Source: Paraspadella gotoi (taxonomy: Eukaryota > Animalia > Chaetognatha). Taken from it: a stretch of DNA of 64,000 nucleotides. The DNA is taken from positions 12,404,493-12,468,492 of the forward strand of contig CM119268.1 in the NCBI GenBank assembly GCA_051294375.1. Direction: 5' to 3'. A program made the translations under genes and the position numbers. The notes under the pieces are model-generated. The model saw only the letters and a program-made list of their open reading frames with translations, ran no database searches and had not been told where the DNA came from. Of the stretch, positions 1-14,169 are shown piece after piece. Positions within the stretch are counted from its first letter, which is position 1. Each line of letters opens with the position of its first letter.

Positions 1-864
1 CGATTACGAAGGTTCCGACGAGAGTGGGTGGGGGTTTTCCCCGGGAGCATGGTGGTTTTTTCCCCCCGAATGGATGGGAGTGCTCAGCGTAGTGCAGCAC
101 CGACGGGGGATGGAACGAATCTTTCGCTTATGAAAAGATTGATGACTGCAGCCGAGGATTAAGACGCTCGGGAAGATGGAACACTTTTTTTTTCTCTCTT
201 TAAAAAGTAGATCAAATACGATGTTGTCTCATTTTGGAGGGAATTCTGCTCTCAATGCGTGAAATTCGCTTTTTTTTTTTAAATTCATTCACCCGATAAT
301 GGTAATCTTTAAGTTTTAGTATTTGTCTTTAACCGCTGCGCCGAAAAAAAATTTTTTTTCTCTAACCCACGAATATAAAATGCAAATTGAATATAAAACT
401 TATCGACACTTCATGCTCTTCTTTTTTTTAAGGATGGAGTCGGGGGGCGCATTGGAATTTTTCCTTTTTTTTCAGGCCTGGTTCATTGATTTTTTTTTTT
501 CAGTTTTCATGAATAAAAACATGAGAGACTTCTTCTCTGTTAAGCCGAGTCGCGGTGGTGTCATATCTCCAACCACAGAAATCGATGTTACATTGTTACA
601 TGTTACATCCGCTAGACAAGCTGGAATGATAGCAGGAATCATATCATCGACGAGATATTTCTCCTGCATCTATGGTGGAGAGTTTAATGCTAGGAGAGCT
701 GCAGTCGCGAATCCTATATCAGTTGATTATATAAAAATATCTCGTTGTTTAAAAGCCAACAATCATAAGAATTTGAATTTTCAAGTTTTTCCACGTGAAT
801 TTAATTAACGAAGTTCGAAGTTGTGTCTTTTTTATACAATAGTATTCATTAAATAAAAATCGGA

Positions 865-865
865 A

Positions 866-942
<77 letters not shown>
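865..942. repeat. (GAC)n trinucleotide microsatellite
   Basis: About 26 perfect GAC units are directly visible; they generate the spurious poly-Ser ORF. Confidence 0.95.
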
Positions 943-1796
943 TGGAGGACGAAATTCAGACGAAATTCTGTTTCCCGGCGTAAAAATCTCGTCACATCTC
1001 ATTTGAGTTGAAAATCCTTTTTCTTCGTCTTCGTCTCGATTCGACCTTCGAATCATTTTCCTCCTCCCTTCCTCCCCCTCTCCACCCTCTCTCCTCCTTC
1101 CCTCCCGCCCTCCTTTCCTCTCTCCCTCTTTCCTCCCTCCCCTTCTGCTGCCTTCAGCACTTTTTCTATCTCGTAAGTTTTGCACGAATGCTTTTTTTTT
1201 TCTCTCTCTCTCTCTCTTTTTTTTTGTCATTTTTGGTCGGTTATTGTACCGACGTAATAATATTTCCCGCGAAAGCTACGAGACTCGATTTTTTTTCTTC
1301 CGTCATTCCATGGTCCGTGGAGGGCGCCGGGACTTCTGGGCGGAAGCGATTCGTTGTTGTCGTCGTTCTTCATGAGACCAAAAAAAAAAAAGATAACGCG
1401 GACCGGAATCTAACTCGGCCCTGCGATTTTTTTTTTCTTCAGAGAACGGGAAGTTTCCAAAGCCTAGAGAAAAGCGGCCGTCGTCGTCGTCACGTTGACT
1501 TCTTTTCATGTCGTCGTCTTTATAATCGTCGTCGTCGCTTCGTGTGTTTGGCTCAATGGGCGTGACTCGTGAATCTCTCCAAACTTGATTAAGATCAGGA
1601 TTTTTGGTCGAAGAAAAAATGTCGCGACGATTTCTCGAAGTTTGGAGGGAGAGAGAAAAGGAGAAGGAGGGGAGGGGAAGAGGGAGGGGGGATAAGGGGG
1701 AGTACCTTAATACGGAGAGAACGTGACGAATTAAAGGAAATAGGTTTAATTAAGAGTTAGGGGAAGAAACAGGCCAGAAAGAAAAAAATTAAGAAG

Positions 1797-1952
<156 letters not shown>

Positions 1953-3296
1953 ACTAAGTCTGAAACAAGCATAAAAGGAAAAAAAAGCAACAAAACGAGC
2001 TAATTTTTTTTTTATGTTATGTCGCTATTATTTATAAAGATTTAATGGAGCTTTTGTATTGACTCTCATTTCTTATCAGCTTCCAGAAAAGTGGCATTTG
2101 TTTTTGAAAAAAAAAAGTTTACTAAAAGAGGTCGTTTTTGATCGGAACAAAAAATCAAAAGACTTCTCTCGGAAGATTATATTTTTTTAAAAATTCGCAT
2201 GCACAATCATTAATATGGATAAGTAAACTCAATCAAAATAAAGGTTACAAAAAGTTCAAGTATTCGCGGTGCAAGTAATGACATATCGATAAACAATTTA
2301 CTCATTTACTTGATTAAAACTTATTAGCTTAATTGTTGTAAGAAGATCTGACAAAGATTGCTCTAACTTGTTTTTTCAGATTTGGTTTTTAAACAGCGTC
2401 AACTTTCATCTTGTTATATGACATATTTTAAAATTATATAGATTAAAAATGTTTACGTGTCGTAGCCTGCCATGCTAAATGATACAAATAGAACTAGAAA
2501 TAGAAGAAATTAGAAGAAATAGAATAAGAATGAAAATTTAGGAAATGACTTTTGGTCTACGCCATGAGCTAGACATGTAGGTATAATTCAAACCGATTAG
2601 ACTCTTCTTAAGAGCCACTTAAAAATATAGTATATGCGTGAGGACGGCCGTAACCGTTAAAATAGTGACATGGAAAGATGATTTTATTGTTCTGAAAAAT
2701 TTTTCACGTTCTGAAAATATGATCTTAATTTTTAAATTTATATGTAAGGCTTTTACAAGTAAACGTCCATAAACGCAGTTGAGATAATATTTACAAATAC
2801 ATTTTATTAGAAATAGTTGGGAACCTTCACGGATTGCCCCGTCAGCTTTATTAGCATTCCGTTCTTTCCAGTAAAGCATTTTACTGCAATATGCAAATGA
2901 TAATTTTCTCCATAATCTTTTAATGTTATTTCCGTTTTTTTCTTGAACGAAAATCATCGTAAAACGATAAAATCAGCAGCCCTTCATTAAGTTACGTTTT
3001 TTTAATCCTTTATCCCCTAATCACAATGCGGTCAGAAAGAACTTAAGGCTTATTTCGTGTGATCCATAGGGAATTCAGTAAGCATAAGTGATAAAGCAAT
3101 AGGACGCATATGTTTCATACCTGTGTCACGTGATCATCTGGGCGCCACACCTTGAACCCCGAAAAAGTCAAGGATTTAGTCAGAATCAAAGCTGTATTTA
3201 AAATAATCTCGGGCGTACGAAACAAACATTCAAAAATTATTCATGAAGTTAAAAAATAAACAAAAAGTCTTAAAAGACGAGATGTTTGTTCAAAAA

Positions 3297-5082
3297 TTAG
3301 ACATCTTCCATATCTTTCACCACCCCTGGGATCCCTTCCTCAATTTGTCCAACATGATTTTCCTCATCCTCTTCCTCTTCTTCTTTCCCTCCCTTCTCCT
3401 CGATCTTGACGACATCGCTTCCAGCGCTGCCGACGCTGCCGAGACTGTCGACGCAGCCGACGCTGCCAACGCTAACGACGCTGGCCGAAAATACCGGCCA
3501 ATCCGCACCGTTCGCTGCCGACGTCGCTCCCATCGCTTCTGAAAATCGCGGCCGTCGACGCTGCAGCCTCCTGCGCTGCCGGAATCCGTGTTGCTCCTGA
3601 TGTCGGACTTGACCGGAAAGGGCGGAGCTTCGATGACGACCACGTCTTCCTTCTCTTCCGGCGAGACGACCTCCACCGCCTCCGTCGCCTCGACGGGGAA
3701 GGCTTTGCCGAAGCCGTAGACGAGCGACTTAAAGATCGGGAGGGGGAATGTGGAGAAGGAAATCGTGAAAGGTAAGTACATTGATTATTTAAAAAGAGGA
3801 GAGTAAACTTTACCGTAGAGAAATATGTAGTTTTATGCGTGCACTACGTACGTAGGTAGGACTTACGGCAATTGGACAATGGGCATTTCCAAAATAAGGT
3901 AAGGGCATATATATATGACAATTTGAGTTTATGGACGTCAAAAATTGTATTATTTTATTTCATTATATTGTAAGAGTAATGGAGCCATATACCACCAAAG
4001 CCTGTTCAAAGTCAGTTCAAAATCTTTATATAGGTTGTACCAATTTCATTACCTTGTGCATTTGCTTCATTTTTGCAAACGATTCCAGATGGTGTCGAGT
4101 TCGTTGCGTCTTCTCGAACGTCATCTCGCGCCACCTAGTTCGCGAAATTTTAAATAAAACGGCAGGAAACAAAATTCTACGAACAAATTCTTAAACTTAG
4201 CTTTTGCGGTATACATTCCGATAATGTCGACAAATCAAAATTATTGCAGAAATGGAAGCTTCGAAAAAAACGTCTAAGAGGCCGTAGTTAAAAAGCCCAA
4301 TTGTCACTTCGAAGAACAGACATAAAATCAAGTGATAACGATGATAACGATAATAACGGTCAAAAGGTTAGGGAATCCTTATCGGGATCTTAAATACGCA
4401 CGTGCTTTCCTTTTCTTTTTCGATACCACTTTCAAGTTATCACTCTATCCACTTGCTTATGGTATATATGAGCTTAGCAGATTTGCATAGAATCTTGAAG
4501 CACATTACATACATAATAGTTGGACCAATTGCATTTACGTATCTTTCCACAACTTTCTCTTTTAGAATTGCATGATCTTTTAATTTTAAAGCAGCATTTA
4601 GATTTTCGAACCTGAGATATTTAGTGTAGGCCTTTGATTCCTCCAAGGCTCTTCTCTCTCTCTTAATGTATTTGACCATCATGACGACGATAGCGAAAGT
4701 GTAGATCAAAAGGACGACGATAATGTACCTGTCAAAAAAAATGATTTCCCTTTAAAACATGTATATTTATTTAAAGAAAGGATCATTTTTTACCTTGTTC
4801 GTACCAATTTCATTAAATACTGTAAAACGAAAATATGCAATTTTTGTATTCAATCTTTTATTCAATCAATGTATGAACAACTTGTGGCCTCAAAAATTGT
4901 TCATGCCTACGTATGGCATGGCGTGGCGAACGATGACATATGACACATTTCGATCGATTCTCACCAAACGGCGTTTTTGTCTTCGGGATTCTGAGTCGGC
5001 GTCGGCCTCGTGTCGTTGGCGCAAACCACACGCTTCTCTTCCTCAAAATCTGATCCGAATCTGAAGATGGTAAGTTCATCAG

Positions 5083-5158
<76 letters not shown>

Positions 5159-5282
5159 ACTACCCATGAGCGATGATGACGGTATAGTTGCAACTGGCGA
5201 TTTTCTTCAAAACCTTCGTCAGTTTCTTGAGCGTTGAATCTAAGACGGAGTCTTCGCCTCTCGACGGCGGATTCGTCGTCAT
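3297..5282 (-). CDS. Single-pass membrane protein with KCNE/MinK-like architecture, 5 exons
   Basis: Phase-compatible exons 5282-5164, 5060-4965, 4728-4612, 4134-4053 and 3727-3317 (or to 3297 if a T is missing near 3541-3545) give MTTNPPSRGEDS...ASCNYTVIIAHGFGSDFEEEKRVVCANDTRPTPTQNPEDKNAVWYIIVVLLIYTFAIVVMMVKYIKRERRALEESKAYTKYLRWREMTFEK... The N-terminus has NYT and NDT sequons and no signal peptide, followed by one TM helix and a basic juxtamembrane segment. Confidence 0.75.
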
Positions 5283-5313
5283 CACGCAGCTTGACTTCGA
5301 GTTTTTTTTAGAA

Positions 5314-5345
<32 letters not shown>

Positions 5346-7818
5346 GGGTTAGCGTTGCTTGGTTTGGTTTGATTTGGTTAGTTTATTAGTTATACCGTCG
5401 GAGTGGTGGAAGTTTTTGTAAAGGCGCCTGAAAAGAATGCTGCGAAATAAAACCGCGGATCATAAATGATCCTTCGAAGAATCGATCATCCGCGCGTTTG
5501 AAGCCGTCATCCTCCTCAATCCTCGTCCTCTTCCTCATCCCTATCCCCATCGCGTCATCCTCCGCATCATCCGTTTGTTATTGTTAAGACGATTATGACG
5601 GAGTCCGTTTCAAAAAAATGCGAATCCATCTCCGACACTCGGATATTTCGATTAAAAAATATTAGCCCTCGAGACTTTTTTTTACAAAAAATACTTTTGA
5701 GTTTAAATGAGAGCTACGTACAATATCTGTTCGAATACATTTACTTTTATATACTAAACATGTCCCAACTAATATATAAACCTTTTTTGTTAACAAGTTT
5801 TTATGGGTCCGAAATCTGTAATAAACAATATTTTAAAAATTGAAGGCTCTTAGACTTAGAGGATGGTTAGTTTGACAAGGTATTTAAAAAAAATAAGTAC
5901 CATTTTGATAAAAAAAAAAATTAAAAAAATATGTGGTATATTTTCAGTATATTTTCAGTATATTTTGCTTTCAAAAAAAGGATACACTTCTCAATTGTTC
6001 ATATTTTGTTATTTTAGTACTTATTAGACAAGTTTCATCACTACTAATCAATAATAAGACAACATTCAATGACAATGTGTTCCAATCCCGCGCTAAATCT
6101 TTTGTTTCTTCGGAATCCCTCCCGTGGCGCACCATCGCACTTCGCATTGGTTCCAGAAGGTGTCGGTACCATCGCCGTTGTGATTCTGCGAGCCTAAATG
6201 CTACTCAACAGTATTCGACGATTCTGACGTCGTTATGTAGTTTTTTGACTTATTTTTTTTCTACAGAACTACTCTTAAATCACCAAACACTTTTTAATAA
6301 ATCTCTCATTGTCTCTTAATAGATTAAATATTTATTGCACTATTTTTTTTAAAACAAAGACTGGATAAACAAAAGAGCAAGGCAGTATTTGACGCGTTGA
6401 TGTCGTAAATTCACACGAAATGGAACCAAATGGGATTTTCACCGTCGTTTTAGTTGTAGCAGTAAAATATGATGACGTCATCGTAGTTTTTGACGACCAG
6501 CGTTTCGTCAGTTTAGTTCGTATTCGTTTATCGAATTTATAACATTTTTCGGTCACTACATTTCATAATATCTTTTTTTCTCTCTCTCTTTTTACAGCTC
6601 GTTACTTAACCAACCCTCTATTTAAAACGAATAAAAATAAACTAAACGACCAGCACGTTCACATGTAAGTAACAGGGGAGGGAATTGGGTGGGGCTGGCC
6701 TAATGAGCCAGTGAGTAGGTTTAATTTATTTTTAATTTGTCCGTAGTAAAGCTTGAAAACTTTTTTTTTATATTTTAACGTTAAGCCCACAGCCCATAAT
6801 ACTTTTCGGACAACCATCTTAAAAGCAGAAAGCGCTCTCTTGTAATTGAAAGCAGAATTTTTCTCTTTTACCGAACACGCGAAATAAAGATCTCAGCTGA
6901 AAAAAAAAGTTAAATTTTTTTTCAAAAACCAAAGATAAATTGAAAACAGTAGGAGAAAAGATTTTCGTTACTCTTTCGGGATCAGTAAAATTGAATGGAA
7001 AAGTCAAAAGAAAAAGAGAGGATGTCAGAGAAAATGAAAAGGAAAAAAAAAGGTTGAGAATTAGAGATGAGAAAAATTAGAGAAAAACAGGAGGAAAATA
7101 CTTGAAAATTCAGTTATCTTTTCGTGAGAGGAAAAAAAAAAGGATCGGAAAAATCAGACTTTGCTTCGACTTTTCTTTTTAATTTCGATCCAAAAGATTT
7201 CAAATAGATCTTTTTTTTTCCCGCGCAATGGTTAATATGTATAGTTTCTATGAAACCACATCCTAAATCCTGAATGAAATTTGATATAACGACCAACTCT
7301 AAGTAAAAAGTAGGTGCGATTCTCACGCTGCGACGCAGGGGAGAAAAAAAAATCGATAACAAACACTTGAGTAACTGCGAAGCCAGAGCAATGAGAATAT
7401 ATCTCTCCGATTCTGGCAACAAAAGGATGGAAAGAGAGAGAGCCGATAATTCAACCCATTGTTGAATGTTGATATCTCTTTCGAAGGACTATAAAGGTTT
7501 TCAATAGAGTGAAAACAGACTGATATTCCAAGTTTTTTTATCAAACCGTAATTACAGGATCTTTATGACCTCATTTTAATAACCGATGACGATTTTATTT
7601 ATCAAACAATAAACAATAAAAACTATATCTTGCCTGATAAATAAATCCCTGCGATTTGAAAAAAAAAACCCATTGCATTCTTTCCCCCCCCTCCCGTTTT
7701 ATTTTTCGACCCAGAGAAAATTATGGCAGACCTCCAAATTTTTTTTCTTCTGATCTCTGAGGGAGATGGGCAAATGACTTTGAGATCATATGTAATAAAA
7801 ATGCAATAGAGATAGAGG

Positions 7819-7917
<99 letters not shown>

Positions 7918-8261
7918 AACTAATTTCATGTATCTTGTATCCCCCATTCTCAGATCTCCATCGCACACCTTTTGTCGTTTTTTCGTCGTAAAATCAAATA
8001 AGAAAACAAAAAAGACGCATATCTCTCTCTCTCTCTCTCTCCCTCTCAATCACACTTTGTTTCTCTCCTCCGGACACAATCAACAAAAACAACAACAACA
8101 ACAGAATTAACAAATCAAACCGTCGATTCCTCGTAAATCTTCCACAAAAAAAAAAAAACAAACAAAAGGAAAAAAAAAAACAACCAAAATTGTCAACTTT
8201 AGTCTTCGCCAGATTTTTTTTTATTTCGTTCCGGACCTTCCACAACCCCCCCCGGTCGAGA

Positions 8262-11200
8262 ATGGGTCAGACCCAGAGCCAAGGTCCCCTTCCAGACCCA
8301 CCCATCGAGAACTTCCCCTACTTCACCATCACTCTCTCTGGGGTCGACACTTTCGACTCCATTTACCTCAACTACTGCCCCGAAAAGTAAGTTATTTGCC
8401 TTTCTCAGTCAAAGAGGTAAGTTTGGATCTAATATCGTGTTCGCTTGGCCGCTTTGAGGTATGTGAGCTTTCATTGAGTTGTGATAAAACGAGTGAGGTC
8501 AAAATTGTTGTTATTGTTGATGATGATGATGATGATGATCATCATCATGAAGAGTATGATGATAATGAGGATTATCATGGTTCTGAAAGCTATCTTCGTT
8601 GTGAATTTGCGCTATACTAAACTAATCAGTTAAGTAAAACGAATACTTTTTTTAAAGTATATAATTTATTTATTAACAATGTATTCTCGATGGCATGACA
8701 ATATTTTTTTTTTATAAAAACGCCTACAAAGAAACAGTTAAAACATATATATTCCTAGTATAAACGAAACAAAAACTTAACATCGAAGTAAAAAGAAGCA
8801 AAAGAGAAAAAAAAAAGAATTAATATTGTTATTGGTCCGGCATCGTTTCGTGTTCCGACCTTCAAGTTTTTTCCCTCCTCATTTTCCGAATGGAAACCGG
8901 TGGGGAAAAAAATGAAGTCGGTCTCGTTCCGTTTTTGTTTCCCAGGGTCATTTGTTCATTTGGTCGTTGTCGTTGTTGTTGTTCGGTTTCGAGTTCCAGT
9001 TTAGAAACCCCAGAATCCGGATCTTCCGGCGTTGGCGTTCTGATCGTCCTGGTTGGAGGTGGGGACGTTGACGTTGTCGTAGATGGTGCGGCCGCCCAAC
9101 CTCTGGCCGGTGGGGATGGTGCAGAGACCGCTGAAGTAAGCCTGGCCGGGGTTCTTGGGCTTCTGGGTCTTGGTGCCGACGGTGTGCTTGGTCCAGCAGT
9201 CACCGGTGACGGCGTTGAAGGCGTAGACTTTGGAAGGGGGGGGGAGTATATAAGCGTCAATTAAATTGTTTTCAGTGACTCTCTTTTTGGTTAAATGTCA
9301 TAGTTATGATCTTTCGTTAGATTTACTTTCTTTTTGAATAAAAAAATAAATCATCATGCACTTTTTTATTGACGAATTAATTATTACTGCTCATTTTAGT
9401 CAACATTGACTAACATACCAATATTAATATTTTTAACTGCGCCCCTGTAACTAAATTCATTATTCTTTGATTAATTCTAAATCACATACTTATTGGTATC
9501 CCCACACCCTTCTCCCTCTCCCCCCCCCTTCCGTGATCACACTGACAATAAACTCACGTTTGCAGTATTCGGTGTGAAGGCAAGTTTCCTGGCAGGAGAT
9601 GAGGCTGTCGACCTTGTGACGGAAGATGTCGTTCTGCGGGTAGTCGACGTCTTCCTCGTGAGAGCAGATGGTCACGCGGCCGGAGATCATCCCGCGCTTC
9701 TGGATGCGCTGTTCCATCAGGACGGAAGACTTGAGGAAGCAGAGCTTGTGGATGGTGTGGTAGGAGTAGCCTTGAGGGAGGAAGGAGGAAGGAGGTTTTT
9801 GTTTACTTTTTTGTTTGATCTTCGAAATTAGGTTATGAAGTTTGGTGATCAAAAAATTAATCATAATAATGAAATTAGCTCATTGCTCATTAAAAAAAAA
9901 ACGATTGATACCGTAAGACGTAAATTTTCCGTGTCACGATTCTTCTCGATGGTCGAAACATCACAACAACAACATCGCAACAGCCAGCGGGACTTACCCC
10001 TGCAGCCCTGGGTCTCCTTGCACTTCAGTTGGCAGGCGTTGACATTGGGGACGTTGACCGACGTTCCCTGAATGTCATTGCCCGGGTACTCGTAGCCAAG
10101 CTCATGCGTGGCGAACAGGTAGGCTGTGAGGAAAATAGGAGAAGGAAACGGATTAAAGTTTGTGAATACAATTTATGAACAACTGAACAAAAAATATTTC
10201 AATTACGTTTTATAAATACCGAAAATACAAATTTCTTAACTAAAAAAAATAGCGATAAATTTTTTTTTATACTACTATCGTTGATAAATGAAACAATACT
10301 AAATGTTATTATCTTACCGTTTCCGAAGGCAAAGCAGCCAACGAGCAACATGAAGACCATTGAGTAGTTCATCTTTGCTGGGTTTTTTTTCGTCGTCCGT
10401 GAGAGGAAGAGAAGATTTTTTGATGTGAACTGCAAAGTCAAGCCGATCTGTTTTGTGACAAGATTGGATTGTGAAGTCTCAGTGGCGAGCGGAGCTCCTT
10501 TTATGCGGATCGGGCCATACGGTTGGCATACTGGCACAGTGGTCGACGGAAGCACGAGTTGGATATTGATAAAAAAATTTCAAAACAATTTTGTAGAGTT
10601 TAATATTCAAAATTTACCTTTGTCAAAATATATTGATACATTTTACTAAGCGTCAAAGGTCAATATTAACCTCATACCATTCCGAATACCAAACATGGCG
10701 CGCTCAAAAAAAAATATAGTTCAAATCAATAGTAGTGTGTTAATAAGTTTCTAAGCACTTTTAATTAAATTTCGAAAACCCTTTCACTCCGATCACTGTG
10801 AAGATCGGTAGTCTTTGTACTTCGCTGAGTTGCAATTTTGTTTTCTCTCACCCTTATCGAAATTGATGACCGGCTTATAAGTCAAGCGATCGAGCGTTTG
10901 TCTAGATTAAATCAACGTATAGGTTAAGACGACTATTAAATCTTTAACGGTCGAGTGGCGGCCTGTACTTTTGCTCGGATCCGTTAGGGGTTTGTCTTTT
11001 GTTTTATTTTATCATTGTTGAGTTAATTAGTTTCTTAATGTCGGATCAAATTCTAGGTACATGCAAAGCTTTTTCCTTTCTCTTAATTGATGTTTAACTG
11101 TTGTAGAAAATTGAATTTGCAAGTTATGAGTAGGATTTCCATCTAACCTTTGATCCGCGACTCAAACTTTGTATGAATTCTTTCAAGAAAAAAAAATCGC

Positions 11201-13804
11201 CAGATCGAGTCTTTTATTTTTTTTTATCGACAAGAGGGGCACTTGTCTTTTAAAAAAACGATATTCGTCATCGATTTTATTTGCACTTTAAATGTCATTA
11301 TATTAGAAATGAAAATGTAGTAATTTGCCTTTCTTTTCAAATTTGAAAAGATTTGAGATGTTGCTCATTGAATTTTACCATAGAAACATAACAAAATTTC
11401 CTTTCAGAAAAGTCTCCACATTATTTATTAGAAGTGTTATGTTAATAATAACGAGATAATCAAACCATTTCATTATGCATTATCCTTCAGCGAGATCAAG
11501 ATTTTCCTGGAGTGTGCCAACGAGTTTTGGCCTCCAGGAATCGTGGGTCACGAACGTCGGTTCACTCACGGTTACATCATCAAATTCAAAGGAAAACCTT
11601 TCGTTAAAGAGAACAGCGACAAACACGAGATATGGGCCAAGAACTACATGGCGGAGGTTGGTCATTTATCATCAAATGCGCCGCTTACTGCGTAGTTCCG
11701 TAAAAATGTATGCAAGCAAGAACAGTAATTCCAATGTGTTGCGCCGCAGTAACTTTATTTTCATGTGTATTTCCCTTTGATCACATAATATGACATGACA
11801 AGAAGAGTCGCTTAACCCGCCTGTCACATCCCTCTTAACTGCTAGAATCCCGGACCTTTGGGAGGAGAATGACTTGCCTCCTGGACCAATGGCCGCTGAT
11901 GAACGGTTGGTGGATTTTAGTCCATCATAACTGCATCAAAATTCCATCTTTTATTCCTTAAAGTTTTAGGAATTCCTGAAGGCGGCGCATTTTTTTTGTC
12001 TTAACAAATGAGCAAACAACTATAGGCGAGTTATGAGCATTTTTAATATAAGTGTGATAGACCGACGGACAGACATACCGACGGACCCACCAACAGACCG
12101 ACCGAAAAGTGACTTATAGAGTTGCTCCGCTTGTACTCGCGGCGCAACTAAAAACCGATAGTTTATAACCTATGTAGTTCTTTATTTAAAGTTTATCAGC
12201 TCTAACTCAATTCCGCATTTAGGTTATTAAAATGTTTAAATGTTAAAATGCTAAAATACACCTTTTTAACCGCAATTCTCCTCAGGTCTACCTCCGCTTA
12301 GGGAGACTGGGTTGGTCTCCGATGTTCGCTAGCGACTTAAACCGCGCTTGGGACCTCGCCACCGTCTTCATGTGCCATAAGGAGGTTCCCATGATGCAGC
12401 ACATGTACAAGAAGCAAAAACAAATGGCAGCCGTCAGCATACACGAGAAGGATCAGTTGGAGGTAAGGCGACTGCATGGGTCGATACTGCTGTTAGATTA
12501 CCCACTCCCGGTCAAAATAAAAGTGATAACGAAAATCAGTTCGAGGTCACTAATTGTCTACTTTTTCGTTCACAGTTGATAAATTTGAATCAAGACATCG
12601 CGAAATACGTTCACAGTGAAATGGTGAAAGCGTGGCTTCGTTGCAACACCAGCAAGGATCCTTTAGGTGAGCATCTTAAAGATCTTCAATGATCCTTTCT
12701 GAAGTGAAGAACATGTTTCCTTAATTCTCTCATCCTTTTTATTTTTCTTTTTTTTCCATCATAAATTTTCTCCCTTATGTAAATTATTCGCGAACGCTTT
12801 TGCTTCCGTCTTAAATCTCAAAATTTTTTCTTCACTCTTTGAAATTTTCATTTCGAATCTTGAAACTTCGATCTCTAATCTCTATTAATAATAGCAACGA
12901 AAAGAAAGGAAACGTTACGAATATTTAAATCTTCTACATTGCCCTACCTTTTTAATCTTTACTAAGACTCTCAGGTCTCTATCTATTTTTAAGTATTTTA
13001 ACAAGTATAGACCAAAACATAAACCTCCAAACTGTCTTTAATCGTTTTACTTTTTCCCCCACAAACCCAGAACAAAAGACGGCGAAGGACATTCAACAGG
13101 AAGGGACGGGTTTGATCGTCGTCAATTCCGTCGGCTTCAACTCCTCCTTCGAGGATTCCATCTCTCTTCCGCCGCCGCCGCCCAACTTCGCCTCCTTTTG
13201 GAAATATTCCATCGCCGGGTATCCCTGGCTCACGGATCGGTGCACGCCGCCTTGGTCATAAGTGAGTCGGGGGAGACACCGGAGACAAGGGTCAAGATAA
13301 ATTTCTTTTTTTTTTTACTACTTGAATGCAATTATGTTGATTGATTGATTGATTTATTGTTTGATTTATATTTTGCTAATAAAAACAGAAAATTTATTTA
13401 TTTATATTTATTTATATTTATATTTATATATATTATATTTTATTTATATTTATTTATATTTATTTATTTTTTATATTTATTTATATTTATATTTATTTAT
13501 TTATATTTATATTTTATTTATTATATTTATTTATATTTTTTATTTATTATTTATATTTATTTTATTATATAATTTTATTTATTTTTATTTATATTATTTA
13601 TTTATAATTTTTATTTATTTATTATAATTTTATTTATTTATTTATAATTTTATTTATTTATTTATTTATTATTTTATTTATTATTTATTTATTTATTTAT
13701 TATTTTATTTATTTATTTATTTATTTATTATTTTTATTATTTAATTTATTATTTATTTATTATTTTTTTATTTATTTATTTATTTATATTATTATTTTTA
13801 TTTT

Positions 13805-13835
<31 letters not shown>

Positions 13836-14113
13836 TTTATTTATTTATTTTTTTATTATTTTATTTTATTTATATTTATTTATTTATATTTATTTATTTA
13901 TATTTATTTATTTATATTTATTTATTTATATTTATTTATTTATTTATATTTATTTATTTATTTATATTATTTATATTTATTTATTATATTATTTATATTT
14001 ATTATTTTTATATTTTATTTATTTATTTTTTATTTATTATATTTATTTATTTATTTTTTGCTAATAAAAACAGAAAATGGCTTGATGATTGATTAATTGT
14101 TGATTGATTGATT

Positions 14114-14169
<56 letters not shown>

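Noticed and set aside
1-808. Possible coding remnants at the window start (ORF 323-808 with an FFSVKPSRGGVISPTTEIDV MSP-like stretch; short frame ending at about 162)
   Set aside because: The similarity is too short and no consistent exon chain could be built inside the window.
8862-9264. ORFs 8862-9260(-) and 8890-9264(+)
   Set aside because: They are alternative-frame or antisense shadows of the last exon of the PAN gene.
11893-11912. CTGATGA as a hammerhead core or snoRNA box
   Set aside because: No stem II followed by GAAA is present downstream, and there is no matching C/D box pair with a terminal stem.
13345-13627. Hydrophobic Y/I/F/L-rich ORFs resembling membrane or mitochondrial proteins
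   Set aside because: They are translations of the A/T-only simple repeat.
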